Shown here piece after piece: positions 44,201 through 57,399 of a stretch of 64,000 nt of DNA. Each line of letters begins with the position of its first letter. Position 1 is the first letter of the stretch. The notes under the pieces are model-generated. The model was given only the letters and a program-made list of their open reading frames with translations, was not told the DNA's origin and did no database searches. The position numbers and the translations under genes are program-made. Source of the DNA: Lytechinus pictus (taxonomy: Eukaryota); contig NC_087251.1 in the NCBI RefSeq assembly GCF_037042905.1, forward strand, positions 33,792,001 through 33,856,000, in the 5' to 3' direction.

Positions 44201-47200
44201 ATAACTCTATAATTTGCTACATTTTTTGTTTGTTAGTGACTGTTGCCAGGGCAATTGAGTTGAAGCACGCCTCCAATCTCGTCTCATCGCTGGCCTTTGA
44301 GACGGGTAAACAGTTCAAGATTGCGGATAACTCGCTCAAGGCTGTGGAAGAGAACCTGGTTCAGAAGTGGCGAAAGTATCTCCAGCTTAAAGCTACATTC
44401 TACCTTTCCTATGTGAGTAGTACTGTTGATTTCTACTTATTTCTACAATTTAATTTTTCACAACACATGACTTGGGGCGTTGCAAGAAACTTATGATCAA
44501 TTGCAAGTCTATTCGGGTCCCCAAACCAATCATATGTCCTGCAGTTAATTGGAAATTTGTAAATCAATGGTTATCACTTAAAACATAGATCTTTGAAAAT
44601 CTTGAATTAAGACTAATTGGTAGTGAAGATTTGGGCAAAGAATCTCAATTGATTGGGTATTACTTTGCAAATCTGAATTGCAACCTTCAAACTTTTTTTT
44701 TTGCACCAAAAACTACCCCACTAAACAGAATTTGAAAATTGTTACCTACAGTATAAATGAATGTTTGAAAGTTTGCATGGTGTTATGAACAGTCGCAGAA
44801 GTGGTTCACAGTACAATAGATGTGTTCAGCTAGGAAGTTATGTTTAGAGGATAATATGTGAAAGAATTGATCTTCTGCATGTCCTCAATAAACAGAACAA
44901 GACCTGTAATGTAAACATACATGTAATATCAAATTCATCTTCTATATCTACATGGAATTTATTCAGTAATCTGATATTTCATACGGCTATTTTGACAGGC
45001 TCATTGCTACAATGGACAGACGCTCCTAGCTCAAGATAAATGTGGGGAAGCAGTGAGAGCACTCAAAGAGAGCAAGACACGTAAGTTGGACATATTTCCC
45101 TCTGAACTCTTTAAGATCAACCCCCCAAAACTTGATTTTCGTGGAATCAGAACCATTCATATGGGACTTGTCTTTGTTTGTTTTTTTTTTTTTTTTTTTT
45201 TTTAGCTGTCTTTCCTAAGGTCCATGCAAGTCAGGGAATTGCTGGTAAACAAAAAATCAGCTAATTTCAATTTTTTTGTCTGCAAATATTAAAAAAAAAT
45301 CCTTTTGTCCTTTCAGTTTCAGAATCAGACCTTAGTATTAAAGTCAATTCATTTGATCCTAGAAATTTACATGTTTTGCTCTGTATGCTACAGTGAATTG
45401 TACCCCCCCCCCCCCCGAGTCACACTTAATGTGTGAGCTGTTTTATGAGCAATGGATTTAATTTTGCTGATTTTGCAAACTTCGTCAAAATTCCATCTGT
45501 TCATATTGTGCCACTATAGCACATGAAAATAATCCTGGGATCATGGAAATGTGTGATGAATATGTTAGAATTGTCTAAACTTTAAAGTATCTGTATGCCG
45601 AAATTGGCTTATACTCTATTTAGTAATTCAGTGTAATGTACTGAGTTTTTTTATTCATAAATGATCAGTTTACTAAGCAAATGAAATTACACACATGTGA
45701 ATATTTCACCTCCTTTCTTATTTATTGTATAGAGTTTGAGAAAGCAGATGATCTTGGAAGGAACTACACTTCGACTAAGGGAGCTGGAAAAAGTGCTAAA
45801 CCTCATGAACATGCTTTCTTCAGACGGCTATTACCGCTCGTCAGAAGAAACCTGGAGAAAGTAGAGAGGGAAAATGGATTCATGTAGGTTTTCTAGTCTT
45901 ATTTTTAAGTGATTATTTTAGTGTCGGCCGGATTTCAATAAGGGTTTACTGTGATATACCTAGTTCCTACTGTTACTATTTATGTCACAATTGTGGAGCG
46001 TTGTGGCCCAGTGGATTAGTCTCCGGACTTTGAAACAGAGGGTCTTGGGTTCGAATCCCAGCCATGGCGTAATTTCCTTCGGCAAGAAATTTATCCACGT
46101 TGTGCTGCACTCGACCCAGGAGAGGTGAATGGGTACCCAGTAGGATTTATTTCTTGAATGCTTTAGCGCCTATTAATATGGCGGCTCAGCTACAGCCGGG
46201 GTAATAATATGATACCAAGTATCAAAGCGCAGTTGAGTATATGCACATAGTAACTACGCTATATAAATGGACATATTATTATTTTTATTTTTTATTAATT
46301 GAAATGGTGGTCTTAATTGTGGAGTAATCAGTGATCAGATCACTCATGGCAATCGTATTGATCATAGAAATTTTTTTGACACTAACATATTTCGCGATCA
46401 GCTAAGAAAGGCCAATCGTGATATTCGTTGTGGATCGCATGACAGGGGGGATGAGGTATTAGTGAAATGAACTAATCATTTAAGATGACTGCTAAGAAGG
46501 TATGGATGCTCTATAAGATAGCAGCCATAGATAAGACAGCTTTATGTCCTCTCCAAGAGACAGACTAATGAGGATAGATGCCTTTCAGAGCACTCATACT
46601 TTGTGTTTTCAAACAGTATCCCAGGAGAGTGTTTCATCAACATCATTTGATGAGTTTTGAGATCTGACAACTGTCCTTGATTTTGGCTTGACTGTTCTAA
46701 AGTAAATGTTGGTGTTACAAAACCAACTTTGTCAGATAAAACATCCAACAGGTCATTTCATGAAATTATCGCTAGCTGGTATGATGAGTAAAATCACTAT
46801 ATAACTAGCTGAGCTCTGGTGCCTGTTCACCAATAAGCCAGTTCATAGTTCCATTCTGCGCATGATCAGAAGAAGGTCATTTGTGCTTAAGAGGCATAGT
46901 GGCTTAGTATTCAATGAGATAAGCACCAACTTTGATGTCTTTATTATCCATATATTCTTTTGAATTGTGCTCTTCATTAAATCCACAAGAAAGCAATAAT
47001 GCGTCAACTAGCGACTGGTATGGTTGGCCAAGTATATTGTAATAGCAACATGCTATAAAGGCATTCAAAGTAGAAATGCAACAAATACCTTCATAAAGTG
47101 TTCATTGAAGTGCTATTCTTGTCGCTTGGTTATGCAATTTCTACATCCTGCTATGTAAGGCATGCTTTCATAATATCTTGCTTTGAAATCTGCTTATCAT

Positions 47201-49052
47201 ATTGAAAGTAAGCAAAGGTCATTCGAACAAATCTACACATGAGTTAACTATGAACTTGTTTATTTACTTCATTTGAATCCAGTGATTTCCATCCTATTGA
47301 CTTAAACTCAATGAAGGAAAGACTGAATTTCTTGTCATAGGTTCAAGTCACAACCTTCGTTCTCTAGTGATGTTAGCCTTGGTATTGGTTCTACTACTAT
47401 TGTATCATCCAAATCTGTTATAAACCTTGGTGCTTACTTTGATTTTAATATGAATAGGTTAGAACAAGTTAATCAATTATGTAAATCTGTCAGATTCCAT
47501 CTAAGAAACATATCGCAGATAAGAAAGTACATAACTGAAGACACCTGCCACAGTGCTGTTCGTTGCCATATTTTGTCCAGATTAGATTCCCTAAGTGTAT
47601 TTGAAGCGCCTACAAAGTTTACAAAACTGGGCAGCCCGTATTATCTTTAAGGTGGACTGACGTCATGATACTGGCCCTTTACTTAAATCTCTTCATTGGC
47701 TCCCTGTAAAGAAGAGAATTGTCTTTAAATTACTTCTTTTTGTCTTCAAAGCCTTTAATAACCAAATGCCAAAATATATCACAGATAGCCTTGCTTCCCA
47801 TAGACCAACTCGCCCTAATCTCTGTTCATCTAAAGACCCATATTTGCTTGCCATACCCAAAACTCGTACAAAAACAGGTGATCGCACATTTAGTGTTACT
47901 GCTTCTAAAGAATGGAACAACATCCCCACTTTCATTAAATCATCAAACTCTTCAGATCAATTTAAGAAACTTCTAAAAACATACCTCTTTTCCGATTAAT
48001 TTCTATTGCGTGTATTTGTATTGTAATTATTATGTACTTTTGTTTTAAATCATTTGTAAACGCTGTGATATAGTTAACTATGGAGAGTGTACTAAATGCT
48101 AATTATTATTATTATTATTATTATTATTGAGTTGTCTCCCTCTTCTCTGTACAGATATTATCAGAAGGTGCCAGAAGTTGTACCTGAACTACCATCAAAG
48201 GCCACCTATGGACTAGCCAGTCCCGTTGAATTCGTCATGCCAAGCAAACATGAGGAATGGACTGCCGAGACTTACAATGGATTTAAGATCTCCAAACCAG
48301 ATGCTGAGAAGGTATGAAAGTGGGATACACAATATACCAATATATATCTAGATTAATAAATCTTATGAATATACATGTAATTTTAAAAGGCGTAAAAAAG
48401 ACTCTTGTCTCTTGCATTCTCATAACTCAATCTTCATCATCACTGTTAAACTCTCCGTTCAATGGACATGATCCCAAAATCATATCTCACATCATATCTT
48501 TTACATTCATATGAAATTGTGAACTCAATGTTGCCATAAATACTAACATTTAAAAATAAATCAAAATTTCTACTAGTTTGAGATACAAGGTTTTAAAACC
48601 CTGGTGACCATATGTGCGTCTTTTTAGCACAAGGAGGGGTTTTCTCTCTGCTCCTTAGATTATAGCCCACAATTCTGAAATGAAAAACCAAGAGGTCTTA
48701 AAAATCAGAAGACTATGATTAACATAAGATTATATTTGTCAATGATTAACACCTATAGCTATTATGGGCTACTGGAAATCCTTGCTTCTGATTGGAGGAG
48801 TACAAATTAGTTGGGGTGAAAATCACTGTCAAAACCCATCATGAAATACTCCCAAGGGAATCATTTGTGAAACGACAGTGGTCCCATTCATAAAGTTTTG
48901 TGTCATTGTCTATCAATTCACAAAATAAGTCCTCTTTTATGTTCCCACAGAGAGACAAGGAGAAGGAAGACGCCCCCAAACCTGTCAAAGAGGTACCTGT
49001 CAATCAGACAGACAAGGAATCTAGCAATAGCAGTGGATGCACCATCTCCTAG
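26549..49052 (+). CDS. BROX: BRO1 domain- and CAAX motif-containing protein (ESCRT accessory), 11 coding exons, 441 aa
   Basis: Exons: 26549-26649, 29944-30097, 31353-31477, 32108-32206, 32571-32643, 43622-43727, 44237-44412, 44999-45080, 45733-45883, 48155-48311, 48951-49052. Total 1326 nt, all GT-AG, phases compatible. Starts [13 protein letters not shown], contains [22 protein letters not shown] and ERENGFIYYQKVP, and ends in the CAAX box CTIS. Confidence 0.95.
27978..28670. mobile_element. ~700-bp foldback/palindromic element in BROX intron 1
   Basis: Nested inverted pairs: 27981-28026 vs 28632-28668, 28051-28110 vs 28562-28621, 28144-28185 vs 28477-28516. Repeated TAGTATTCAACC / GGTTGAATACTA motifs. 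Confidence 0.65.
36448..38105. mobile_element. Nested non-autonomous DNA element with CAGTGGCGTATCTAG TIR
   Basis: CAGTGGCGTATCTAG ... CTAGATACGCCATG. Internal GCGCGAAGCGCG-type motifs. It contains the L2 fragment below. Confidence 0.6.
36860..37520 (-). mobile_element. L2-clade LINE 3' fragment
   Basis: ORF 37055-37495 (SRLDFSNSL...[11 protein letters not shown]...LQSLHWLPV...[10 protein letters not shown]) is a typical L2 ORF2 C-terminus. It is followed by a stem-loop 3' end and an (ATT)n tail at 36860-36920. Confidence 0.85.
40527..40809. mobile_element. hAT-type MITE with a perfect 8-bp TSD
   Basis: ATGTGCAT|CGGTGTTTCCAC ... GTGGAAACACTG|ATGTGCAT. Confidence 0.85.
45993..46290 (+). mobile_element. 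tRNA-derived SINE with an L2-like tail
   Basis: A box TGGCCCAGTGG and B box GGTTCGAATCC, a core containing GACCCAGG...TGAATGGGTACC, and a tail GCGC...CGCTATATAAATG followed by (ATT)n. Confidence 0.88.
47290..48128 (+). mobile_element. L2-clade LINE 3' fragment
   Basis: Decayed ORF2 C-terminus ([35 protein letters not shown]...[10 protein letters not shown]) ending in (ATT)n just upstream of BROX exon 10. Confidence 0.85.
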
Positions 49053-51455
49053 GCAACGGTTACAATGACAACGAAATGAATCAGCGTCCTGTGGTATTAT
49101 GGGATAGCTTGGCATAACATTCATTTACAATATATTATAATTATGTGATGTATGGTAAATCTCTTCGATACACACTCTCTTTTGATCGTGAGCAGGCTTT
49201 ACCTCACCTCTTTATTCTATTATTATTTTTATTAAATTTACTTATTCATTTGTTTATTTATTTATTTCATTTATTTATTTTAGATTTATTCTTATATTTA
49301 TTTATTTTATTTATATATTTATTTTATCCATTTATTCATTATTCTTTAAATTTAGTTATTTACTTATTTATTCATTCATTCATTCATTTTTTTTTTTGGG
49401 GGGGGGGTTTGTTAGGATAGAGTTATAGATGAATTATTTCATGCTGCTCTGTACTGTTCATCTGTAATTCTGTTTTACACAAAATGAAGTGTGTTTGCCT
49501 TAAAACAAAGAAACTTGCCCTTTACTTTAACTTCATTTGATGGTATTGCTCAGTTTCAATTATGCTCAATATAGTTCATATTGAAGTTTAGTAAGATAAA
49601 CATTTGTTGCAGTTCACTCAAATTGACTTTTTTTTATACTGAACGAGATGAGAAGATTGAATTTTGAATTCCTTCTTTTATTTATGAGGCATTTTGCTTG
49701 TATTATAGTCTGTCACTGTATAACTTTTTTTATTACATAGCTTCCATTACAAGGTTTTTTTTGTGGAAAGAATATTATGTGTTTTCCAGCATTTCACTAG
49801 ATGAAATTATTAACAAGTAAGAAATTTATGTTTTTCTTTAAATGTTTCATATCTGTATGAAATGACTATATTTATTATTTTTGTCTATCATCAAATAGAC
49901 AGATGAATATTGAAAATGATGTATATTACATTTTCCATTGCAACATATTTAATTTGAATTTTCCTAGGTTTTTCGTATGAATTAAACTTCTATGTTTTCT
50001 TACTATATTTTTATAGTATTATTATTTTTAAAGAGTACCGTTATTAAAATTATTAGATCTGTTTATCTAAGAAACTATGATTTTGTAATTTACTATAAAA
50101 TTATTTAAAACAAATATTCCATGTGACTGTATTGAACAATTCATTTAAAATATCATGAACACTATTCTTCAAGTGAACCTAGAGAATACTTGAGAGAAAA
50201 ATGAGGGAGGACATCAGATTTGATAGACCTCTATGTAGTAATAGCTAGAAATATTGCACTAAATTTGTTATCAAACACAATTCTAAATGTTCTTATCAAC
50301 AGCTGTACACAACAGACCTAACATACACTTTTTGTAGAGTGAAAATTACACCCACTTACTGAAAATTTAGTTTGTTTCTAATTAATTCCCATTTTTATTA
50401 CATGTTTAATCTATTGAAGGCCAAGAATATGTACATGTATTATATTTTTATATATGCAGAATATTTTATTTATTTAATCATGTAGATAGTCGTTAAATGA
50501 AAGATTAAAATCTAGTAGTACCTTCGATTTTTACTTTTCACAGGTATTTTGCTCTCTCCTTTATTTTGGGAAAAATCATTTTTTTAATAACATGGTTGTG
50601 TTAAGCATTATTTCGGTCTTGAGTATTTAAAGAAAACAAAATAATGTACAATACATGTCTTTACTTAAAGTAGTTTTGGGATTGTGCAAATATATGTATG
50701 GTAGCCAATGAAATAAGATTTTAATTACTGAAAGGGGTGAGAGAAATGATTATTATTTTATGCGGAATTTATTACATATGTGTTTTGGATCAGATTTTGG
50801 GATGTTATGTCAAAATAGTTAATTACCGGTATGTTGCATTGTGCAAAAAAAATGCTGAGTTTTTTTTGTAAAGCCGTATCGACATTCCGTTTGCATTTTA
50901 TTTTAAAATTAGATAATCAGACTTAAAAGATGAACAAATAAATGAATACTCAGATATTGTTTAAAATGTGCCATTATGGGAATGCCATGTATGTTGAATT
51001 TTGGTTTTAATTTCCTCTTTAATATAGTTAATGATAAGAAGCAAATACAAGAGAGAAAAGTTTGTTTTCCCCATAAATTGTAGAGAAAATGATAAAGAAT
51101 TTTCAACATATTGCCTTGGATTACAAATGTTGGAGGAAATGGTTGCAGTTGGCTACTTTCCAATGATGGTTTAACAATATGCTGTGTTTAAGCATTGTAT
51201 GAATGTTGTGTAATATCATAATTATTCATTGAAAATATTTTTGGGGATTGAGATTTTTTCACTTGTTTTGGGCTAAAACAAGTGATTTTTTTCAATCAAT
51301 AAGTGTTGTGTAGAATATCATGTGATTAGATGTCAAAGGTCACACACTTTTGTGTCATTAGTGCTTATAAAAATTAAAAGATAGGAATGCCAGACTAAAT
51401 GTAACAACATACAGTAAAAAGATGTTGACATGCCCCCACTTTCTACTATTCAAAT

Positions 51456-51684
51456 CAGGGGCAGATTCTGAATTTTCCAAGGGGGGGGGCACATATCTTT
51501 ATAAGAATTTGGACAAACAAGACACTCACTCCCGAACGATGGTGATTTATGGCACAGAAAAATTTGACAAGGTAAAAAAGGGTTGCGTTTGCACAAGATT
51601 TTCCACTAAAACTATTTTGTTTCTCAGAAAGGGGGAGAGGAGGTGTTCACAGGGAGGATATGCCCCCATCTGGATCTGCCACTG
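51456..51684. mobile_element. hAT-like MITE
   Basis: CAGGGGCAGATTCTG ... CTGGATCTGCCACTG, flanked by ATTCAAAT / GCTCAAAT (6 of 8 bases match as a TSD). Confidence 0.6.
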
Positions 51685-52217
51685 GCTCAAATATTTGTCA
51701 GATGCATCCATTTATTGTGTTTTTCTTGTAACAGGAACAATCGTTTGTATGTCACTAATAAGATAATGGGATTTATATGACATTTGTTTTCTATCAATAA
51801 TAATGTACATGCTATATACATAGATGTAAATAGAAATAATAAAAAAAGGCGAAGAAAAAACAAATTAATAGTATTGCTTTGATTCCCAGTGATTTGCATA
51901 AAAATTAATCGTATAACAATACAGATTCATTTGATGAATTTTACGTTCATATCAATTTCTCCATATAAAATTAGACACTGGTAGGCTATATGAAAATACA
52001 AAATAAAAGCCAATGTCTTTTTCATTGTTTCTTCTTTATTTACATTATTTACAATGCCACAGTGAAATATATATTACAGGTGAATTTTCGTCAATTTACA
52101 CCCATGATTTATCATTAAAAAAAAATTATTGTCACAATTAAGAGATGGTTCTCTAAAATATCCTGTATTGTTGTTCCCGTGGTGACCCATTGAATCTAGT
52201 CCAAGTCTAGTCTAGGT

Positions 52218-53470
52218 CTAATCATCCGTAGGTCCATCATCCCTCTTCTGATATTCTGGAACCATTACGAGATAGTAGCCCCAGGGTATGTAGCAGCTGA
52301 AGAAGAGAGTGAAGTAGGCAAATATACAAGCTCCTGTTGAGGTGGGGCTCTTTTCTATGCAAGTCTGGGGGTCGGGGAGGGGGTATCGAAGGAATGAGTG
52401 AAAGAGAACATAGGAGAAGGGGGAGTAAGACAGAGAGAACAGAAGGAATGAAGAGAAAGTGAACGAGAGAAAAATACAAGGATATTAAAAAGGGGAGAGT
52501 GCCAGGTGGATGGAGAGGAAATGAAAGAGACAGAGAGGGTATGGCAAAACACAAAATAGAAGAGATTGAAATGAAAAAGGGGGCGGGTGTATGAGAGAAA
52601 GGGTGAAACAGAAAATTAAAGGGATATTAAAAGGGGTGCGAGGTGGATGGAGAATGAGAGCGAGGGGATGGGATGAGATCCCATAAGTATGTAGGCATAC
52701 ACTTGTCTTCCTAATGGAAATTCATTTCCCGGCACTGGTTACGTATAACAAGAGAATATACGACAAACGTACAAATCATACAAATATGAACAGAGACACA
52801 GATCTAGACAGATATATCTACTGAATTACGACAGATTCTGAAGTGAGAAGACGTCAGCGAATTTTATTGGAAAATAAAAAGAGACACTTGACCATGTGGA
52901 CGAAAAAGGGAGAAGGGTGAAAAAAGTTGGGAGGATAATAGACAAAAGTAGTGAATATTTGAGTAGACCTAGATGGAGATGATTCGTTGCGTAGTTTCAT
53001 AAAATATTTTATAGGCCTAAAGTTAGGTCTGACAAGATCTAGACTTCTAACTTACAGATAACATCAATTCATGTTTAATAAAATAAATTAAGAAACAAAT
53101 AAGCGACAAAAAAATCTCGCATGACACCCGTCTTTCTTCATCAAAAAATATAAACCTATTTCTAAGCATTCTCATGGCGGATTGGTTTTTATCAATCATT
53201 TCATAATCATATAACTTAAAAGTTGGGGCGAGGCATCGTCATTTTTTTCTCAAATTTATTTAATTACAAATAATACAAAAAATGGGAATACGGCCTAAGC
53301 TAAATATAACAAGTTAAACTCACTGTGCTGAATCCGCATGCGTTTCTTTTAATTTGTTGACCAAGTTTCTGGTTGAACTTAAAGTTCAAGGCTGACTGTG
53401 GACGTCCAACCATTTTTGCCCTTGATGTTCGCAGGGCCTGGAAAACAGCGGTTCGAGCGATCCCATACAT
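52218..53470 (-). CDS. Small two-exon mitochondrial single-pass membrane protein, cytochrome c oxidase subunit 8 (COX8)-like, 97 aa
   Basis: Exon 1, 53470-53324: MYGIARTAVFQALRTSRAKMVGRPQSALNFKFNQKLGQQIKRNACGFST, donor GTGAGT. Exon 2, 52364-52218, follows a long pyrimidine tract and CAG: TCIEKSPTSTGACIFAYFTLFFSCYIPWGYYLVMVPEYQKRDDGPTDD*. The join is phase 0. The N-terminus is Arg-rich with no acidic residues, followed by one TM helix. Minus-strand AATAAA at 52040-52035. Confidence 0.75.
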
Positions 53471-53969
53471 GATGGTGATGACAAAGACACAAGACTTTCT
53501 TTGAAATAAATGTTCAGTCAGAATGTATTGTTTTATCTAATGATGTAGTCTCAAGTTTGAAAAAAAAAATTATGTTACTTTTATAGATTAAATTTCTCTG
53601 ATAATGCGATTGAAATTATTATGCATCGCAAATGCACTACAGTAGCGTTGCTTGGAAACCAAAGCGCGTCATACGCCTTTGGCGCCAAAAGTGGGCGTGT
53701 CTGTCATAGGACCTATCGCTGGGATAATTTTATCGGGATAATCAATACGGGCCAACGGGACGCGACGGGCCACCCCTTTATTTATTTTTCATTTACGTAT
53801 TTATTTAGTCATTTTTTGCCTTTCATCTTTTCAACAGACACTTTGATTCATTATGACCGAGGCCTTTCTTTTCTTCAAATAGGCCTTATCATTTTCAAGA
53901 CTCTTTTTTTTTCAAGATCTAATGATTGGATGCATCGAAGAGATTTAATTATGTTTGTGCGCATTACGA

Positions 53970-55183
53970 TCTGCGCATATTTTACAACTCTGCGCGCTGA
54001 CGTCACAATGGATGAACAGGTGATTAATTGGTTGTAGGTATGAGCTGATTTTTTTCATCATCTCATCTGCACATCTGCAAATCCGATGCGTTATTTTGTG
54101 AAGCTAAAAAAATTGAATTAATCCATGGACCATTTTAAAAATACCTCTACAATTTAAAAATACTTTACTTTGCAGTGCTGGAAAGTATGAAGAATATGAC
54201 CCCGAGTTTGAATAAATGGTAGAGTGGTTTTGATTTTTTCTTCATAATTATAGATACAAAGCATTTGGCGCGCGTTTTTTGTGTTTTAAAAAGCACATTT
54301 GCTCTAATAAAAGTGCTGATAGTTTGAAAACAAGCACATGAACCCCTATTTTTTAATGTTTGCACCTCTTATGTATACCTTCCTCTATACAACTTTGCAA
54401 AGTTTGGTGAGAATGACATAGATTTTGAATGAAGTGCAGCATTTATTGCACTTTTCTAGTTTGTTATTGAAATTTCACATTTTTGAGATTGGTTTTTTTG
54501 TTATCTTTTACGCCATTTTGAAGAACTGACAGTGCTGTTAGACATAAAAGAGCACGCGAATAGCACTATAAATAGATTCCCAATCTTAACGATACAATTA
54601 TTAACTCCCTTGCGAAATTTGATGAAATTTTCATGGATTTTGACTGAGTAACAGAGGTTTAAACTCATTGGCCCGTATTCTGAAGTCGGGTTTAACATAA
54701 AATCAGGTTTAAAGTTGTGGTTTAAGTATGGATAGCCAATTGTTACATAATTCAATAACAGTAGAGATATCATATTTCAGCTCATTTGGCTCTCAAATCA
54801 TTCATAATTGTCTAGGAAGTATAAATATATGATTGTCTTCACCATTGAAGAATCAGGAAAGAGCACAGTAAACATACAACTTAATAAAAAAATTGACACT
54901 TTTGGCTTCCCATAAATTTAGTACAGAGTTAGACCATGGTCTAGGTTAAACCTGACTTCAGAATACGGGTCAATCTAGTGATCTCGAGAGGTCTAAAAAA
55001 ATTCCAAATTATTTTGAATGTGCAATTCTTAGGAACATCCATTTTTGTGAAGTTTGAAGCTTGATAAATCAAGCACATGGACCCATGTAAATTTTTGCAT
55101 ATTTCGATTATCAGGTTCTAAAGTATCTACATGCAAAGTTTGGTGAAAATGACATGAATTTCACTTTAACTGTGGAATGTCCT
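53970..55183 (-). mobile_element. Short relative of the 8793-16290 Kolobok-type element (inverted, one TIR lost)
   Basis: Colinear in reverse with 15240-16275. Ends in AACTGTGGAATGTCC, matching the 8793 terminus. Lacks the expanded satellite and the foldback insert. Confidence 0.85.
54670..54971. mobile_element. PIF/Harbinger-group MITE nested in the element above
   Basis: GGCCCGTATTCTGAAGTCGGGTTTAAC ... GTTAAACCTGACTTCAGAATACGGGTC. Absent at the corresponding site (about 15430) of the other copy. Confidence 0.8.
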
Positions 55184-55598
55184 AAAATGGTTGGATTCAT
55201 GTTAATTTTTTTATTTATAATTTGGATCATTGTTAAAGATAAATTAAGGGAAGCCAATTTCACAACACATATTTACACAATACATATAAAAATGCAGATC
55301 AAGATAATGTCTATACAACCAAGCTGATACGAGAAAGAAGCTTGGATACACAATTGATTTTATGAATTGTTCCATGATAAATTCAAATTTTGCTTTCAAA
55401 GAAGTTCTACAAAATTATGTACACCTCACCAATCATATTCTATCGAGATAAGAGGGTTAATAGAAGAGAAGAAGAGGAATTGAATATACCGGCCCTGGTA
55501 TTAATAGGTGAGACCAAGGCATGCAGCTCAATACCTCCCCGGAATTATATTGTTCAGTGTTTGTTAAAGAAAAGAAGATATGGAACTTTTTTCTTTTA

Positions 55599-55757
55599 TT
55601 GTTGTTGTTGTTATTATCATTATTATTATCATTAATATTTTTATTATTATCCTTATTATTATTGTTATTATTATTTTCATCATCATCATCATCATTATTA
55701 TCATCATCATCATCATCATCATCACCATCACCATCGTCATCATTATCATTATTATTA
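55599..55757 (+). repeat. (ATT/ATC/GTT)n trinucleotide microsatellite
   Basis: Read directly from the sequence. It explains the low-complexity ORFs at 55390-55802. Confidence 0.92.
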
Positions 55758-56331
55758 ATTGCATGGCCACATAAATTTTCAAGATTTTATATTTTGATGT
55801 AGAGAATATCTGCCATTAATATTTCAGTAATTTGCAGTATGATAACAAGTTGAGTGAATTAAGGAAAACAATTTATTATACAGGGTCTATTTTATATTCG
55901 TAAATATGAAACTGGTATACCCAGTTGTTGTGTATCCGGACAGGTTGTGTGTCTGGACAATCATGATCAATTTTGCAGCCATTGAGAAAAATTAACAACA
56001 GAGTTTCATTGATTTCTAGTACAAAATGTTCAGTTAGGCAATATTATAGAAAAAAAATAGAAGATGATTACAATAACTGAATTCATACTTAATGTAATCC
56101 AAAGATAAAAGCTAGAAGGTTTCAAAAATTTAAAGTGTCCGGACACTCGACCCCGCCCCCCATCCTATTAATTTAATTCTTTAGTTTATTTGATGAAAAT
56201 AAATGCATATTCACAAGACCACAAGACCACAAGACCCTTATCCATTTTCAGCTTTCAATGCCGTGGAATGGAAATAGGATTTTGGAGAAGTTGAGATCAT
56301 TTGAGTTCCCAAATTATAGCACATCAACACT

Positions 56332-57399
56332 CAGTGGCTTACACCGTGGGTCATATGGGGTGGCACCAGCGAAAATATTGAGTCACTTTTATTGGGCGCG
56401 CGAAGCGCGCTCAATTGACAGGTAAACTGACCTACTCAAATTTGGGACTAGTGCCATTAAACGAATATGATTGTATCTCACTTATCAAATAATGCGAGTG
56501 CGACTCGCGAGCTGAAATTTTTTGATATTCAGACCTAAAAAAGGATATCATAAGCAAATTTTTGTAATCATGACGTACCTCTCTCACAAAACAAACAATG
56601 CAAGCACGAAGCGCGAGCTGAAATTTTTGTATATATTGACCCTTAACATAAACATAAGGACTATTTTTAAGGAATTTATGAAGAGCATACATATCTCACC
56701 ACATCTAATGCGACCACCATGCAATTAGCGCTTGCTGATTTTGTTAGAATTACACCTAACCCATATGAAACACCTTTTGTGGTCATTGTAATACATGATA
56801 CATATCTCACTAATCAAATATTGCGAGCGCGAAGGGCGAGCTGAACATTTTTGAAATTCAGACCTGAAGAGGGGCATTGTAGGAATTGGAATTCACTAAG
56901 ACCATACATATTTCACTAACCAAATGACGCGAGCGCGAAGCACAAACAGAAAATGTTTGATTTTCAGACCTTAAAAGGGGGCAATCACTTTAAGTATATA
57001 GTCATGAAAAAAGCATATGTCACTACATAAAACAAAAAAAAAATCGAAGTGCAAGAAATATATTTGGTGTATATTGACTTGAAAATGGGAGTTTAGTAGA
57101 ACAGATCTCATTACTCAGACAATGCGAGCACCGGAATGATGAACACATATGCCCTCTATATACGCCCTAAGCCAATTATGTTTCATAAATTGATGAAAAA
57201 ATATTTCTTATGTTATAGGATATAATATATATATAATATAATATAACACAATATGATAATTTGTTCTTCCCCACTACGTTTCTCTTTCTTAATTTCTCCT
57301 TCTTTTTATCCTTTCCCCCCGTTTTTTTTTTTTGCCAACCGATGGGGGTGGGGGCACGTGCCCCCCATGGCCCCCACCGTAGTCACGCTGTCATCACTG
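56332..57399. mobile_element. Non-autonomous DNA element with CAGTG...CACTG ends and GCGAGCGCGAAGCGCGAGCTGAAA subrepeats
   Basis: Periodic GCGCGAAGCGCG-type motifs about every 110 bp. The same motif family occurs at 36000-36850, 38140-38850 and 41500-41950. Confidence 0.55.

Noticed and set aside
45995..46070. tRNA gene
   Set aside because: It has A and B boxes but continues into a SINE core and an L2-like tail, and a second family member is at 59339-59583. It is a SINE head.
52237..52554. 105-aa hydrophobic ORF from the track
   Set aside because: It is mostly the intronic pyrimidine tract, and it reads the COX8-like exon 2 in the wrong frame.
55390..55802. Poly-Ile/Leu/Ser/Met ORFs
   Set aside because: These are translations of a trinucleotide microsatellite.
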